DNA of 64,000 nt from Felis catus (GCF_018350175.1 NC_058368.1:162008001-162072000); one strand, 5' to 3'; shown: positions 24,750 through 38,749, counted from the stretch's first letter. Made by a program: numbers and translations. The notes: generated by a model not told the origin, from the sequence alone.

Positions 24750-25002
24750 TTATTAGTTTTCTATTATTGTATAACAAATTACCGCAAATTTACTGGCTTA
24801 AATCAACATCCATCAATTCTGATCCAGTTCTGTAGGTGAATAAGTCTAGGCAAGCTTGGCTGGGCCCTCTGCTTAGGCTGTCCCGAGGCCAAAACCAAGA
24901 TGTCAGCTGGGCAGAGCTCTTATCTGGATGCTCTGGGGAAGAATTTGTTTCCAAGGTCATTCCCAATGACAGCAGAATTCGGTACCTTACAAAACTGAGG
25001 AC
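24750..25002 (-). mobile_element. MaLR LTR (MLT1-type) fragment
   Basis: Typical MLT1 terminus TATTAGTTTTCTATT..TGTATAACAAATTACC.CAAATTT..TGGCTTAAA and GGCTCTGGGGAAGAAT-like motifs. Confidence 0.75.
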
Positions 25003-25603
25003 TGAGGAGGAGGGAAAGAAAAAAAAAAGGACATCACCAAATCTTTTCCTAATAAGACAGGATAGTAAAGGGGAGCAAAATATACCATCACCAAATAAGC
25101 TTCTTTAATGTATTTATTATTTTTTCAGCAGGCTGTTTTTAAGAAACCGCAAACACAGGAGAAACTCTGAAAACAGTAAAAGTTACCCTTTTGTAACAGA
25201 CATTTACATTCATAAGGAAAATCTCCATTTGTAACGGTGTCTCCCTCTAGTATAAAGAAAAGGAGGATGGCCAAATATCTAGAAAGTTTTATCAATGGAG
25301 AAGTCTTGGACTTCAATCTATATAGCAATCTTACCCTTGTTGAAATGCTTTGCCTGATAACCTTCCATAAGCAGCGTCTTCCTCCCTCAACCTCTCTTGT
25401 GTGGCTGGAGATGGAATTTAAGGTGGTAGCTTGGGACATTTCAGGGAGTTACTCAGTTTTCCTGGGTATCTCCGAAGTATACAGGAGGTATACAAGTTAT
25501 TAAAATTGTGTTTGTTTTTCGCCTGTTAATCTGTCTTTTATGACAGCAGGATCTCAGGCAAGAACCTACAAGATAGAGGAGAAATGATTTTTCTTCCCCT
25601 GCA
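25003..25603 (+). mobile_element. Solo LTR (ERV1-like) inserted in an MLT1 element
   Basis: Purine-rich TG start and ...ATTTTTCTTCCCCTGCA end (complementary termini), ATTAAA poly(A) signal at ~25499. Confidence 0.6.
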
Positions 25604-26686
25604 ATAGAAATTTCTTACTTCTCTCTCATTCTTCCCCTTTGACTTTATTTCCCTTAGACATTCCCTTTCTCACCTTTAAAGTACATTTGAATGAACAACA
25701 TTCACTAACTTTCCTTGATGTGAAAGACAAGATTATAAACCCACATCCCTGTCCGAGTATCTACAGAAGGTTACACTTGGGCAGACATGTATTGAACTGC
25801 TGTAATGGGAAGGCCCACTGCTTCTATACAGTGTGTCTATTTTTAGTGACACCACCCAAGCATCATTTTTTGTGAAAAAAACTAAGTTACTTCCCACAAT
25901 GTTAACATTAGAGCATTTTATGCTACCATTAAAGAGGCACTAATTAGCACACAAAATCAGGACAGCTTTTTATCTTTCCTCTAAATTACAGAAATCATGA
26001 AAAATTCTATACTATTTGGTATCATCCTTGTATGTTTTTTATTGCTAGAACTATAGAACCCTGCTAAACTCATTTTGCAAAGCCCACATGTCCACAAATC
26101 GTTAATAACGTGCATTTACGGTATAAGAATTTTTCTTAAAAAGAAATGTTGAGTTTATTTTAGACATTAAAACATTTTCACTTCTGCTGCATAATCATAG
26201 AAAAGAGTTCTATTAGCAGGCCTCCGGTTTTCTACAAATATTCCACATCAATAACAATTAATGTAAATAAATTTTTTAAATGACAGGTTCCAAGGGGAAT
26301 GATTCAAAAGTTAGCTTTGTCCTCCAAGCGCTGAACCTGGATAGAAGAGGACAGAAGAGCATCATTTTATTTGATTTTCAGAAATCATTGTCTAGAATGT
26401 GCTATTCAAAACGTGCTTCTGTAATGAGATAAGAAAATTGCTCCAGAATTTGAATCATTGCTGAGTACATCCAACTTGGAATATATAGTCACTTGTTTCT
26501 TCCTCTGTCTAACCCATAGTCTAGGCATTTTAAAAATCATTGTGATATTTCAGGGCAAAGGTTCAATTTTTAGGCCATTACTTCTGGTTATCACAGAACT
26601 GTGGTCAGTAGGTCTTCAAAAAATACTAGTTGACTTGAGCAATTATAATAGTCCTATGCTTATTTGCAAAGAAATTAAGTAATTTT

Positions 26687-26907
26687 GGGGTGTCTGGGTG
26701 GCTCAGTTGGTTAAGCGTATGACTTTGGTTCAGGTCATGATCTCGTAGTCTGTGCTTTCGAACCCCGCATCAGGCTCTGTGCTGACAGCTCAGAGCCTGG
26801 AGCCTGCTTCAGATTCTGTGCCTCCCTCCCTCTCTACTCCTCCCCCACTAGTGCTGTGTCTCTCTAGCTCTCAAAAATAAGTAAACATAAAAAAATTTAA
26901 AAAAAAA
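26687..26907 (+). mobile_element. Can-SINE
   Basis: tRNA head, CT tract, A tail. Confidence 0.92.
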
Positions 26908-27095
26908 TTAATTTTATATATGTGTATATATATACATTACAATCATTTTCAAGTATTTATAAAATGTAGTGGGAGTAGAAATATTTCTGATTATGTTAAA
27001 CCTTAATTGCTTTCATAATTTAATAGCTTCATTATACTATTTTGAAGACCTAGAGAAGGAACTTTTCCATGGGTTATTTAAAAACAACAGCAGCA

Positions 27096-27323
27096 GGGGC
27101 GCCTGGGTGGCGCAGTCGGTTAAGCGTCCGACTTCAGCTGGGTCACGATCTCGCGGTCCGTGAGTTTGAGCCCCGCGTCAGGCTCTGGGCTGATGGCTCA
27201 GAGCCTGGAGCCTGTTTCCGATTCTGTGTCTCCCTCTCTCTCTGCCCCTCCCCAGTTCATGCTCTGTCTCTCTCTGTCCCAAAAATAAAAATAAAAAACG
27301 TTGAAAAAAAAATTAAAAAAAAA
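27096..27323 (+). mobile_element. Young felid Can-SINE
   Basis: TSD AAAACAACAGCAGCA on both sides. Confidence 0.95.
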
Positions 27324-28457
27324 AAAACAACAGCAGCAAAACAAACAAAAAAAACCCCCATATATCATACAAGTCTTGATCAAAAGAATACAGGCAAGAC
27401 TGATAAGAGAGCATCTACTTCCTTTCTAATAAAATATTATTTCTTATATTATCTATTAGGCTTCACAGGATAAGCTATAAGCTAAAACTATCTGTATTAA
27501 TAAATAAGAAGTGGAACCTTTTAGTCCAGATGGTAAAATGTTCCCTGTGTCAGTTTGGCCTCAATTACTTAGCTAATTCCTCCTCTGTGTGACTTAAAAA
27601 AAAGGAGTGTGAGTGTGTGTATGTGTGTATGTTTTCATTAATATAATTATGTATTTACTTATATAGAACTATATTAATGTATTTATTTATAAAAATATTA
27701 ATTTATGTGAATTATTTGTTAAGCTCACAACCTGTGACTCCTAGATTCCAGTATTCCCACTTTTCACCCTGATGCAATTTGAACCCAATTACGTTCCCTT
27801 AAAGAAAATGAGCAGTGAAAATAGAATTATTGAACAAATAAACAGTGGCTTACTTTAAAAATATCATTCTGACCTTCCCCAAATCCAACTTCCCCCAAGC
27901 ATATAGACCCTGTTCTCTCACCTGTAGTCCTGAAGTAGTCAGCCAGTGAAGCCACGGGCTGGCAGAACCACAGGGGTACATTATAAATTTTTGTATGTTT
28001 TGCTTTTAATTTCCTTCTCATCTCCTCATCAGTCTGGGATTAGAAGGGACCAGAGTATTTCACAGTTAACACTTTGGTAGTTTACCACCATCAACATTCA
28101 GAAGTTCATCACCTTTAATACTCTGTAGTTTCTGTGTTCAAGACGAGGAGATTTTTCTTCTTGTGTAAAATACATTTCTTTTTTTTCCCCGGAGGTAATA
28201 GATACAGTTATGGGTCTCAGTCTTCTGAAGAAACCCAGTTCCTCTACACAAAGATTTTACCTTTTTTATTCGGTAGCAATCACTTCCTTACTGTAACCAG
28301 GAACATGGGGGATCACAAAGTTTTCTGGAATCAAAGCCAAATGGATCTAATGTAGGAATACCTAAAATGCCTGTGGATGAAAAAGAATAAATGAATACCA
28401 GATCCTTTGATAAGCAGCTAGAAGACATCTGCAGAAGAGTCTATAGACATGTTTTTA

Positions 28458-28712
28458 TTTTATTTTTTTTATTTTTTATTTTTTTTAAACATTTTATTTT
28501 TTATTTTTTTTAACGTTTATTTATTTTTGAGACAGAGAGAGACAGAGCATGAACCGGGGAGGGTCAGAGAGAGGGAGACACAGAATCCGAAACAGGCTTC
28601 AGGCTCTGAGCTGTCAGCACAGAGCCCGACGTGGGGCTCAAACCCACGGACCGCGAGATCATGACCTGAGCCGAAGTCAGCCGCTTAACTGACTGAGCCA
28701 CCCAGGCGCCCC
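28458..28712 (-). mobile_element. Fairly young Can-SINE with a long patterned A tail
   Basis: TSD TATAGACATGTTTTTA (28442-28457 / 28713-28728). Confidence 0.95.
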
Positions 28713-29845
28713 TATAGACATGTTTTTAAAAGCATCTCTTGCAGATCTTTGGCCAGTTCTGTAAACTCTGGCTCTGCCATGTGTGCTAATTCCTGGCTTG
28801 AGCTTCTTGAAGACACAGTTTCAAGTCTCAGGCTCATGTGGTCCTGAGTAGTGGATGCAGGTTAACCCTGCTCTTGACCTGATTCTATCCCTGGTCATTA
28901 ATGATTAGACCACATTTCTCACCTCAGTTTTTTTGCCTACAGGATCTCCTCTTTGACCAACCTAATGCTTCTACACTGGAGAAAGGGAAATCAGAAGCCA
29001 TTATGCTGTAACAAATCACTGACACGCCATTTTAAATCTAAAGTAATTTCTGAAAAAGGAAATTTTAGAAATGTCAATTATAGCCACACCCACAGAGTTC
29101 TTAATAAGAAAAAAGGTTGATTAAAAATAGTCATAGCTTAGAATCACAGAAGGAAGGAGGAGTGCCTAGTAAATCTGACAGTTTTTAATGGCAGAGTACA
29201 GAGATTCAGCAGGAAAATCCAAGGATTAAATCTGACTCTGTTTTTACAGTACTTTCAGCACAGTAGAACACACAAAAGATTAACTTAGGAGGTCAGGATT
29301 GTGGCATCATGGCATGAACACTGAAAACAATTCAGTAAATTTTAGGTGGTAAAGGGATTCAGGCAGACAAAATTCTTTAAAATAGTCTGAGACAATGTTG
29401 CTCAGATAGGTATCTACTTTGGGGCAATTACACTGTTGATGACCTAGGAGAAGGAAATGCCATGGGATAACAAAATATACAATTAATAGAAAATCAGACT
29501 TTTGGTAAATCCATGAAGTAAAAACAAAACACATGGTTTGACTAGATAAGAACATTAGAAAAGAACTTAGTTATAATTCTTTTAAATATTTAGCACACAA
29601 AAACGGAAGTAATACAATAAGGATACAGATAAATAGGGAAATAAAGAAAAATATTGCTTACACATTCAGACAAAGATATAAGTGGAGGGCTGAAACATTA
29701 TTAAGAATTAGGATATTAAGACTTTATAATGATTGAAAATAAAATGGAATAAAAAATTCAAACATAACTGATAAAAATTAGTTGAGATTAAGTAGAAATT
29801 GTTTTTGAGCAAGAACATTGTTGTCTACTGTCCAAAATGAATTTT

Positions 29846-29970
29846 GGGGTGCATGGGTGGCTTAGTTGAGCATCCAACTCTTCATTTTGGCTCAGGTCAT
29901 GATCCCAGGGTCGTGGGATCAAGCCCTGTGTCAGGCTCCACATGTGAAGCCTGCTTAAGATTCTCTCCCC

Positions 29971-30014
<44 letters not shown>

Positions 30015-30058
30015 GTCCCTCTCCCATACTCATGCTCTCCCTCAAATTAAAAAAAAAA
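29846..30058 (+). mobile_element. Can-SINE
   Basis: Head, (CT)n, A tail, TSD AAAA(T/A)GAATTTT. Confidence 0.9.
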
Positions 30059-30124
30059 GAATTTTACATTATTATTTTGAATCTATAATTTCTATATTTT
30101 AAAAATATATTCCATTTCTTTTTT

Positions 30125-30316
30125 AAGTTTATTTATGTTGAGAGAGAAAGAGGGAGTGGGAGAGGGGCAGAGAGAGAGAGAGAAAGAATCCTAAGTAGGC
30201 TCCATGTGGTCAGTGCAGAGCCCAATACAGGGCTGCATCCCGTGAACCATGATATCATGACCTAAGACAAAATCAAGACTCAGAGGCTTAACCAACTGAA
30301 TCACCCAAGGCGCCCC
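30125..30316 (-). mobile_element. Can-SINE flanked by a long direct duplication
   Basis: (GA)n and head ending GGCGCCCC. See findings. Confidence 0.9.
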
Positions 30317-32474
30317 CCCAAAAATTTTTTTTTACATTATTTTGAATCTATAATTTCTGTATTTTAAAAATTTATTCAGTTTCTTTTTTTTTAATCAGAG
30401 CAAATCTAATGTTATACATACGTGATTTATCTGCTTCTACCTTTCATGTCTTTACACACACATACCTAAAACTTCTAAGTATACCCCAAATATCTGAATT
30501 CTTATACAGTAAATTAGCATGGAGATAAGTCTATATACAATATTACAGTCTCTAAGTTTTATGTCTGGTATTGCCATTTTTCTTCGTCTAAATCTGTATT
30601 TCCTAGGTTACTTATGGTGTTCATTACTTAGGAATCTTTTACTAAAGTCTTACTTCATATGCTAAATTTATTGCAAAGTTTTAGATGGAACTGTATTTCT
30701 CACTAGCTGTGCTATAAGCATAAATGAGTAAATATGAAAATATGAATAGTCTACAATAGTCAAAGTAGTATATTTCATAAGAGCATTTGTGTGGAAGTAT
30801 ATTGAAGATACCTCTAGCTAGGATATCAGCTATTTTTGAGTATCTATGATTGTACAGAGGTAATCTTTTAATACTTTACACAAATTACCTAATGTAATGC
30901 TCACACACACACACACACACAAACTATTGGGTAAAAATTATTCCTATTTTATAGTTATAAATTTGAAGTATGGAGAAATAACTTCCACAAAACCACAGTA
31001 TTCAATAACTTATTTTGTCAGAGGCAAGATATTATGAGCCTTAATTTATCTTTTTTTAAAACTTAGACTTGGAACCACTTTGATACCTGTGCACAGTGAA
31101 ATAGGATCGAAACAAAGGAAACGACTCAAAACACAATTTCACCTAACGTCATTGCTCTCTCATTGGGATGTAGTTGAAGCCAAGATATTGATCATTACTG
31201 AAAAATACCTATACCATGTTCTAATCTTGATATGCCTCAAAAATAAGAGAGACCCTAGGATATTCTGCAAGAAGGAGAGCTATCACTTGTCACTAGGTCT
31301 AAATGATGAAGAAAACGTGATTCTTTAAAACAATGATAAAAATTCCTTACTGAATGAGGTTCATTTCCACAAAGTGGGCGCTTCAGGTAGGTTATTGCAA
31401 TGTATTTAATCCACAGTACCCAGCAGTAATTGGAAGAAACATATCCATGATCGTTTTTACCATTGGAGAAGCCAGTTAAAAGAACACTTTGTACCTTAAT
31501 TTTATTTGTGCATTTCAGGCAGATTAAGAAAAAGCAAAGTATAACTATACTGCTATATTTAATAATGTTCTGAGATACGAGTACCTTCTACAGTGGTTGC
31601 ATTGCATGATAGAGATAAATAGGTTGGTTAAAGAAAAAACAAAAACAACAAAAACAAAGGTATGCCAGAGGCTAAGACTGGGACTTGGAGAGGGAGTAAA
31701 AAAAGGAGGAAGGAAGGGGGTAAAAGGAAAGGAGGGGAGGGTACAGGAGGGGAAGAAAGAGAAGGACGAGGAGGTAAAGAAAAAAGAAAAAAAAACCAAA
31801 ACTCATTTACTTGCTGGGCAAAGAACTAACACCTAGGAAGAACTTCACATGATCATATCCCTAAAGGGAAGTCAGGAAATACTAAATTTTAGAAAAAAGG
31901 AGTTCATAATCCTGGTCTTAAGTAATCATCTAAAATTAGCCCTCCAGATAGGATAGAATGGATCGCTAGTCTGTATATAGTCAATTAAAGGAAGTCTCTT
32001 TGTTCATCAGAAAACATCTTCAATTTGTAATGATTTCCCAGATGATGTTATGTAGAACCAGTTATAATGAAACACAATTTTTAGGGTTTTTAAAAAATAA
32101 ATTACTTTAAAAATTGTGTAATAATTTAAGATTTACATAAAATTTGTGAAAACTGTAGAAGTCCAACAGAAACCAAATGCAGCTTTCCTTATTAAAATCT
32201 TACATTAGTATAGTGCATTTGTCATAGTTAATGTACCAATATTAATGCTACTGTTAACTAGAATTTATACTTTATCTAGATTTCCTTAGTTTTTACTTAA
32301 CATCTTTTTTTCTGTGGCAGAATCCCATCCATGATCACTACATTTAGCAGTCATATGTCTTTAGTTTCCTATTGGCCATGATTAATTTCTCAGACTTTCC
32401 TTATTTTGAATGACCTTGACAGTTTTAGTGGGTACTAGTCAGATATTTTTTAGAAATGGCCATTTTAAAGAAAT

Positions 32475-32693
32475 GATTATTTATTTTTCACAGAGAGAAA
32501 GAGAGAGCACAAGCAGGGGAAGGACAGAGAGAGAGAGAAAGAGAGAGAGAGAGAAAGAGGAAGACACAGAATCCAAAGCAGGCTCCAGGCTCTGAGCTAT
32601 CAGTGTTGAACCCAATGCAGGGCTTGAACTCATTAACTGTGAGATCATGACCTGAGCTGAAGTTGGACACTTAACCGACTGAGCCACCTAGGC
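32475..32693 (-). mobile_element. Can-SINE in L1
   Basis: (GA)n and head, TSD-like TAGAA(A)TGGCC. Confidence 0.9.
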
Positions 32694-35148
32694 TAGAATG
32701 GCCTTTGATTGGAATTTGTCTAACGTTTTATCTTGGTAGGGTTGACATTATGTTTGTGAAGGAAATTGCAGGGATAAATTGTCATTCTCATCATATCAAA
32801 GCAACATATTATAATCTGATATCACTATTGAGGTAAATCTTGGTTACTTGGGTGAGATAGTGTTTGTCAGATTTCCCTGCTGCAAAAACAATTTTTCTTC
32901 TCCAATTGCATATGGTACTCTTTGCAGGGCAGCTATGTGCCATCCACATTTTAGGAGTAAGGAGTTAAGACCACCTCCTTGAGGACAGAGTATCTACATA
33001 GATTCTTTGGAATTTTCCCACTTGGGAAATAAGTCTATTCTCCCCATTTATTTATTCAATTATTTATATCATTATGGACTTAGGAATATTTATTTTATAG
33101 CTTATAATTCAGCATTATTTTATTTGTTGCTCAAATTGTTTCAGATTAAGCAATTGGGATCTCTTTCTGTTGGCTCCTGTGTCTTTTTGAAATGCCCCCA
33201 TCATCATTTTTTGTTTGTTTTTAAGCACTTCCTCACCTTTCTGCCAATGCAAAAAGCTGTTGGCTCATCTTTCATATTTCTAGCAGTGGTTCTCAAATTA
33301 GTCATCCGTTTGTGCATGAGTACCTGGCTTTGTTTTGTTTTTTTTTTCTCTGGGAAATATAAAAATCTTAAAAAATATACACAGTATATATAAATATGTA
33401 TGCATATAAACATATAAAGTTTTAGATATCCTACATGTTGTGTACCTATAGCTACAATTATATATATATATACATATTCAGATTTTACATATATTGTAAA
33501 CAAAATCTAGATACTTGGTATGCATGGCGCTCCTGGGATTTAGTACTTCTAGTCCCTTTCAGCTGACACAAAGAAAAATATTATGTGTGTATTTTAAGAC
33601 ATACACACACACACACATAAACTAAATGTATCAACTTGTATCTATATGAAGCTAAACATAGGTTCATATTGATGTCTCCCAACTCTAATTACTATACTAA
33701 TTACAATTACTATATGGACCATTTTAGCCTTTTCTCCTTGATGGTCACTAACTTTTCATAAACACAATGAAGACACCTGGCTCCAACATCTGCTCTTTAT
33801 TTAATTGCTCAGTTCCATTAATACAGTGGTTTCAGATCTGTTAACCTTAACCCCATAGGATACAAGTTTATTAGCTAGAGTATAGTGCTTAACTATAACT
33901 CCTTTTACCTTTTTTAGTCTTACAGATGCAACTCATTTCCAAAGTTACTTAGTTCAGCACTTTTTCCCTCCACCCTACTTGGTGTGTTTGTTCCATACAT
34001 ATTTGTATTACAATTAGATTGTTTTGTTTTGTCACTTTTTACAAAATGGAATCCACCATTCTCCTAAATAAATTGTATTGTTTTTTAGTGTACATTAAAG
34101 TTGTCTTTGTACTGTAAAGTTCTATATTTTGGTAAATGCATAATGTTTTCACCAGTATCACATCCTACTGAATAATTTCATCACGCTAAAATGTCAAATG
34201 TACTTCATTATTCAATTCCATCCCTAAACACTTGGTGACAACTGATCTCCTTACCATCTTTGTAGTTTTGCCTTTCCAAAATGTTACATAATTGGAATCA
34301 TACAATGTATAGCCTTTTCAAACTGGTTTCTTTCACTTAGTAAAATTCATTTAGATTCACCCAACTCTGCATAGATAGATAAATCACTGCTTTTTATCTA
34401 AGAATAAATAGTATTTCATTGTATCGATATACCACAGTTTGTTAATCTACTTAATGAAGGACATCTTTGTTGATTTCATTTGGGTTTTTTGTGTGTGTGT
34501 GTGTGTGATTATAAATAAAACTACTATAAATCTACATATGCACATGCAGGGTATATATATTGTATATATAACTTTTCAAACCAGTTTGGTAAATACGTAG
34601 GGGAATGATTGCTGGATCATATGGCAAAGCTATATTTTGCCATTTGGAAGAAGAAACTTCCAAAGTGTGTTTCACAGTATATTATATTTCATTCCCACCA
34701 GTACTTAATGACGTTTCTGATACTACATATCTTGGCAGCAACTGGTGTTATCAAATTTTGAATCCTAAACATTCAAATATGTGTGTGGTGGTGTCTCAGT
34801 CTTGTGTAAATGTGCAGTTCCCTAATAAAAAATGGTATCGAACATCTTTTTTAAATGCATACATGCCATCTATATATTTTCATCAGTGAGGTCTCTGGTC
34901 AGATCTTTTACCCATTTTTTAACTAGGTTGTTTAAATTATTTTTGGTTGAGTTTTAAAAGTTCTTGGTGTCCTGTGGACACACATCCTTTTTCAGTGACA
35001 CGCCTTGAAAATATCTTCTCCCAGTATGTGGTTTGTCTTTTCCTATTGCAACATTGTCTTTATTAGAGCAGTGTTTTTTACTGAAGTCCAAGTTAGCAAC
35101 TTTTTCTTTTAGAAATCCTGCTTTTAGTGTGGTTTTTAATAACTTATT

Positions 35149-35368
35149 GGGGTGCCTGGGTGGCTTGGTTGGTTAAACATCAAACTTCAGCTCAGGTCAT
35201 GATCTCACATGTTTGTGAGTTCAAGCCCCACGTCGGGCTCTGTGCTGACAGCTCAGAGCCTGGAGCCTGCTTCGGATTCTGTGTCTCCTTCTCTCTCTAC
35301 CCCTCCTCCACTCGTGCTCTGTCTCTGTCTCTCAAAAAGTGAATAAACGTTAAAAAATATTTTAAAAA
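35149..35368 (+). mobile_element. Can-SINE in L1
   Basis: Head, CT tract, AATAAA tail. Confidence 0.92.
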
Positions 35369-37189
35369 ATTATTGACAAAGCAAACTAATTTTCTCCTAT
35401 GCTTTCTTCTGGAAGTTTTATATTTTTGCATTTTACATTTAAGTTGGCAATAGAATTTGTCTTAACTTTTGTGTAATGTGTAAGGTATATGTATAGTTTC
35501 TTTTTTTTTTGTACACAGTTGTCCAGTTTTACCAGCCATATTTATTGAAAAGCATTCCTTCCTCCGTTAAATTGCCTTTGTGCCTTCTCAAAAATCAATT
35601 AATTATATTTGTATAGGCTATGTCTGAGTTCTCTTTTATATTTCACTGACCGATGTGTCTATTCTGTTACCAATAACATGGTCCCTTGATTACTAAAGCT
35701 TGCATTGTCTTTAAGTCATATAATGTGAGTCCTTCAACTTTGCTTCTAGGTCTTCTGCCTTTTACATAGGAATTTTAGAATCTGTTTGTCAGTATCTCCA
35801 AAATAGTTAAAATTTTAGTTGATATGGTTTTGAATATACAGATCAAGTTGGGAAGAATTTATATCTTAATACTGAGTTTTCTAATAACAAATACATAATA
35901 ACTCTTAATTCATATAGATCCTCTTTGATTTCCTTCATATTTTCTACTTCCTAGCACGCATACAGAACTTATACATATTTTATTAGATTTATATATAATT
36001 TACATTTATATTAATACTATTGTAAATGGTTTTTTAATTACATAATTTAATTAGGTATTGCCCAATTCCCAATTTCCAGCAATAGGAAAGTAAGGCTTTT
36101 ATATATTGACTTTATAGGTTTCCTGTGAATGTGCTATAATTATTTATTGGTACTAAGAGATTTTTGGTAGATTCTTTGATTTTTCTACGTAGACAGTAAC
36201 TCTCACTCCAAATAAAGACAGTCTTATTTCTTCCTTTCAAATCTATACCTATATATCTATATATCCTTCTTTTTAAAAATTTTTGTCCTATTGTACCAAC
36301 TAAAACTTCTAATAAAATACAGGAATGGTGAGAGAAGACATTCTTGTTTTGTTTCTGATATTAGGGGAAAGGATTTGGTCTTCTATCACTTAGGATGTTA
36401 GTGCTATTGTTTTATAGGTGTTTTCTTTAATCAAGTGAGGAGGTTTCCACTTATGCTTAATTTACCGAGAGTTTGCCTCATAAATGGGCATTGGCTTTTG
36501 TCAAATGCTTTTTCTAAATCAATTAATATATTATATGGTTTTTATTCTTTAGCCAGTTAATGTGGTAATTTATATTGGTTGATTTTTTTTTAACGAAACT
36601 ACTTTGCTTCCCTAGCATATATTGTACCTGGTGTATAATTTTTTTCTTATGTTTTTGGATTCATTGGCAAGTATTTTAATTCAATTTTGGGGGGGTCTCT
36701 GTTCATGAGTATATTTGGAAAATAGTTTCCACCCCAACCTCCACCCTTGCAGTGTCTTCATCTGGTTTGGTATATAAGTAGGCCTGACCTCACAGAATGA
36801 AATAGGAAATGTTCCTTCTGTTTCAGTTGTTAGGTGAAATACTCTCTAAATGTCAATTAAATCAAGTGGATTGAAAATACTGCTCAGGTCATCTGTATCT
36901 TACTGATTTTCTGCCTGCTGTATAAATCCATTACTAGTAGAAGCGTATTGAAATCTCCAACTATAACAGTGTTTTTGTCTCAAAATAAAAAAAAAATGGA
37001 AGGGGAAATAGCTTTAAAGATATCAGAGACTAAAATATCAGAATGTAGAAAAGGGATAAGGAGAGTAAAAATCCATCAAGGCTGTGTTCTGGGTGTTGGG
37101 AAAAGCATGTCCATGAATATTAAGTCCTTAGAGGGCAGGCTATGGCAGGTCCATTTTTTCCATTTAAGGTAACAGATTTGGGGGAAGGA

Positions 37190-37545
37190 ACACTCAGCTG
37201 GAACCATATTTCCTAGCCTTTCCCCAGCTTGCATTTAGATAGGATCGTGTGACCCATTCTAGCCCATAGGATGGTAGCAGAAGTGAAATACATACATTTT
37301 AAACCAGAGTTTGTGAAAGACCTATGCATTCTTCATCTTTTGTCTTTTCATTTCAGACTTGATGTCAAAAACTCAGAGCAATTGGAGAAGTTACTTTTAT
37401 AGATGGCACAGATTTTATAGTCCAGGAACCCCAAAGACTGCATTGCATAACTAAGACATTTTCTTTCTTACGTGTTAAGCCACTGATTTTAGTATATTAT
37501 TGGTAGTATATTATTAATAGTGCCTATTGTTACCATAACAAACAT
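37190..37545 (+). mobile_element. Old MaLR LTR (MLT1H/I/J-like)
   Basis: CATATTTCCTAGCC...GTGTGAC...TTCTAGCC.ATAGGATG..AGCAGAAGTGA and TGTTAAGCCACTGA motifs. Confidence 0.6.
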
Positions 37546-38047
37546 GGTAATCTACTGCCCACCCCTTCCCACAAGGCATGGAGGGACAGAATTAAGGCAA
37601 CAGGCAGCCACAGAAAATGATAGGGAACTTCAAAAACAAAATAAAACCATAATAATAATAACAAAGCTTTAAAATGCAGGCTTATTTAGGAGTGTCATTT
37701 AAAGAGAAAGAAATATTTTTTGCCAACTAAATGTAATTAGAATCCAGTCGTTTATGTGATGTTGTAACTATTTAGTTAATTAACTCTCAAGCTTTTGGAA
37801 AAACTGCAGGTGAAAAACTTCCTCACTCTAAGTAACAAAGAATATATTCTTATCTAAATGCACAGTGTTTTGTTCATATAATGCCCATTAACACAAAATG
37901 AGAAAAGTTATACATATAAATTCTTTCTCATTAAAGTAAAATTATGCACTTTAGCATTTATAGTGTTATATTTAAAAAGCACACACTATAAACTGACAAT
38001 TAAAATTGCCCAAGTTCATTTTCAAGTAATTGGTAAGAATTATCTCC

Positions 38048-38048
<1 letters not shown>

Positions 38049-38090
<42 letters not shown>
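38049..38090. repeat. (CA)n microsatellite
   Basis: Directly visible. Confidence 0.95.
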
Positions 38091-38092
<2 letters not shown>

Positions 38093-38749
38093 CATACCAT
38101 TTCTCTTCTCTTCTAGAAAATACAAATTAATGAAGGTGATTCTTCATATATCCCCATGATATTTTAACAATATTTTCATCAGATAAAACATATATGATAA
38201 CAAGGGGATTGAAACATGACAAAGTAGGTTCTTTAGTATAGCATAGTATAATATATCAAAAATTAAGAAAATAGAATCATATGTCAAAAATTGTGTGAGA
38301 AGTGTAGAAATTGACTAAAGGAAACAAACAGATGGATTCAAGATTTTAGAATACAAGAATGCTGAATTACACAGTTCTTTGTGAGTACTGTTACCTCTCA
38401 ATAGCTTCTCTCAAATAGTGAATTTCATTTAGCATTTAGAAAAGAGTAGTTGCCTTTAACTCCCTATGGTATGCCTGGGTTCAACCTCAGATCTCTAATT
38501 CACATTCATGTCATAATATATTAAAACAAACAATTGTCTTGGGAAGTCTTATTAATAAGGATGGGTCTATTTTCAGTCTTGTGCTTATAAGTAAATCTCT
38601 TCTGAGCATGGTAGAAAAGACCATTACTACACTGAACTCTACTCCTTTAGAATTTATCTGTGAGAAGGTTTATAAATAGAACCTGAAGAAACCTACTTCA
38701 TTTAAGTAATATGAGATGATAATAAGAAAAAGAAAAACAGTAATATTTA

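Larger units (their letters stand above)
32090..36975 (-). mobile_element. Old L1 (L1MC/L1MB-like) 3' UTR plus ORF2 3' portion, interrupted by SINEs
   Basis: Antisense L1 hallmarks: TTGGAATCATACAATGTATAGCCTTTTC, GATTGCTGGATCATATGG, TTTATTGAAAAG...TTGTGCCTT..CAAAAATCAATT, GGAATGGTGAGAGAAGACATTCTTG, TTGAAATCTCCAACTATAA. Confidence 0.85.

Noticed and set aside
31545..31836. Lys/Glu/Gly-rich and Phe/Pro/Ser-rich ORFs
   Set aside because: Both are readings of a purine-rich low-complexity tract.
33007..33503. 128-aa and 99-aa ORFs
   Set aside because: They lie in the L1 3' UTR and AT-rich low-complexity sequence, with no recognisable protein features.
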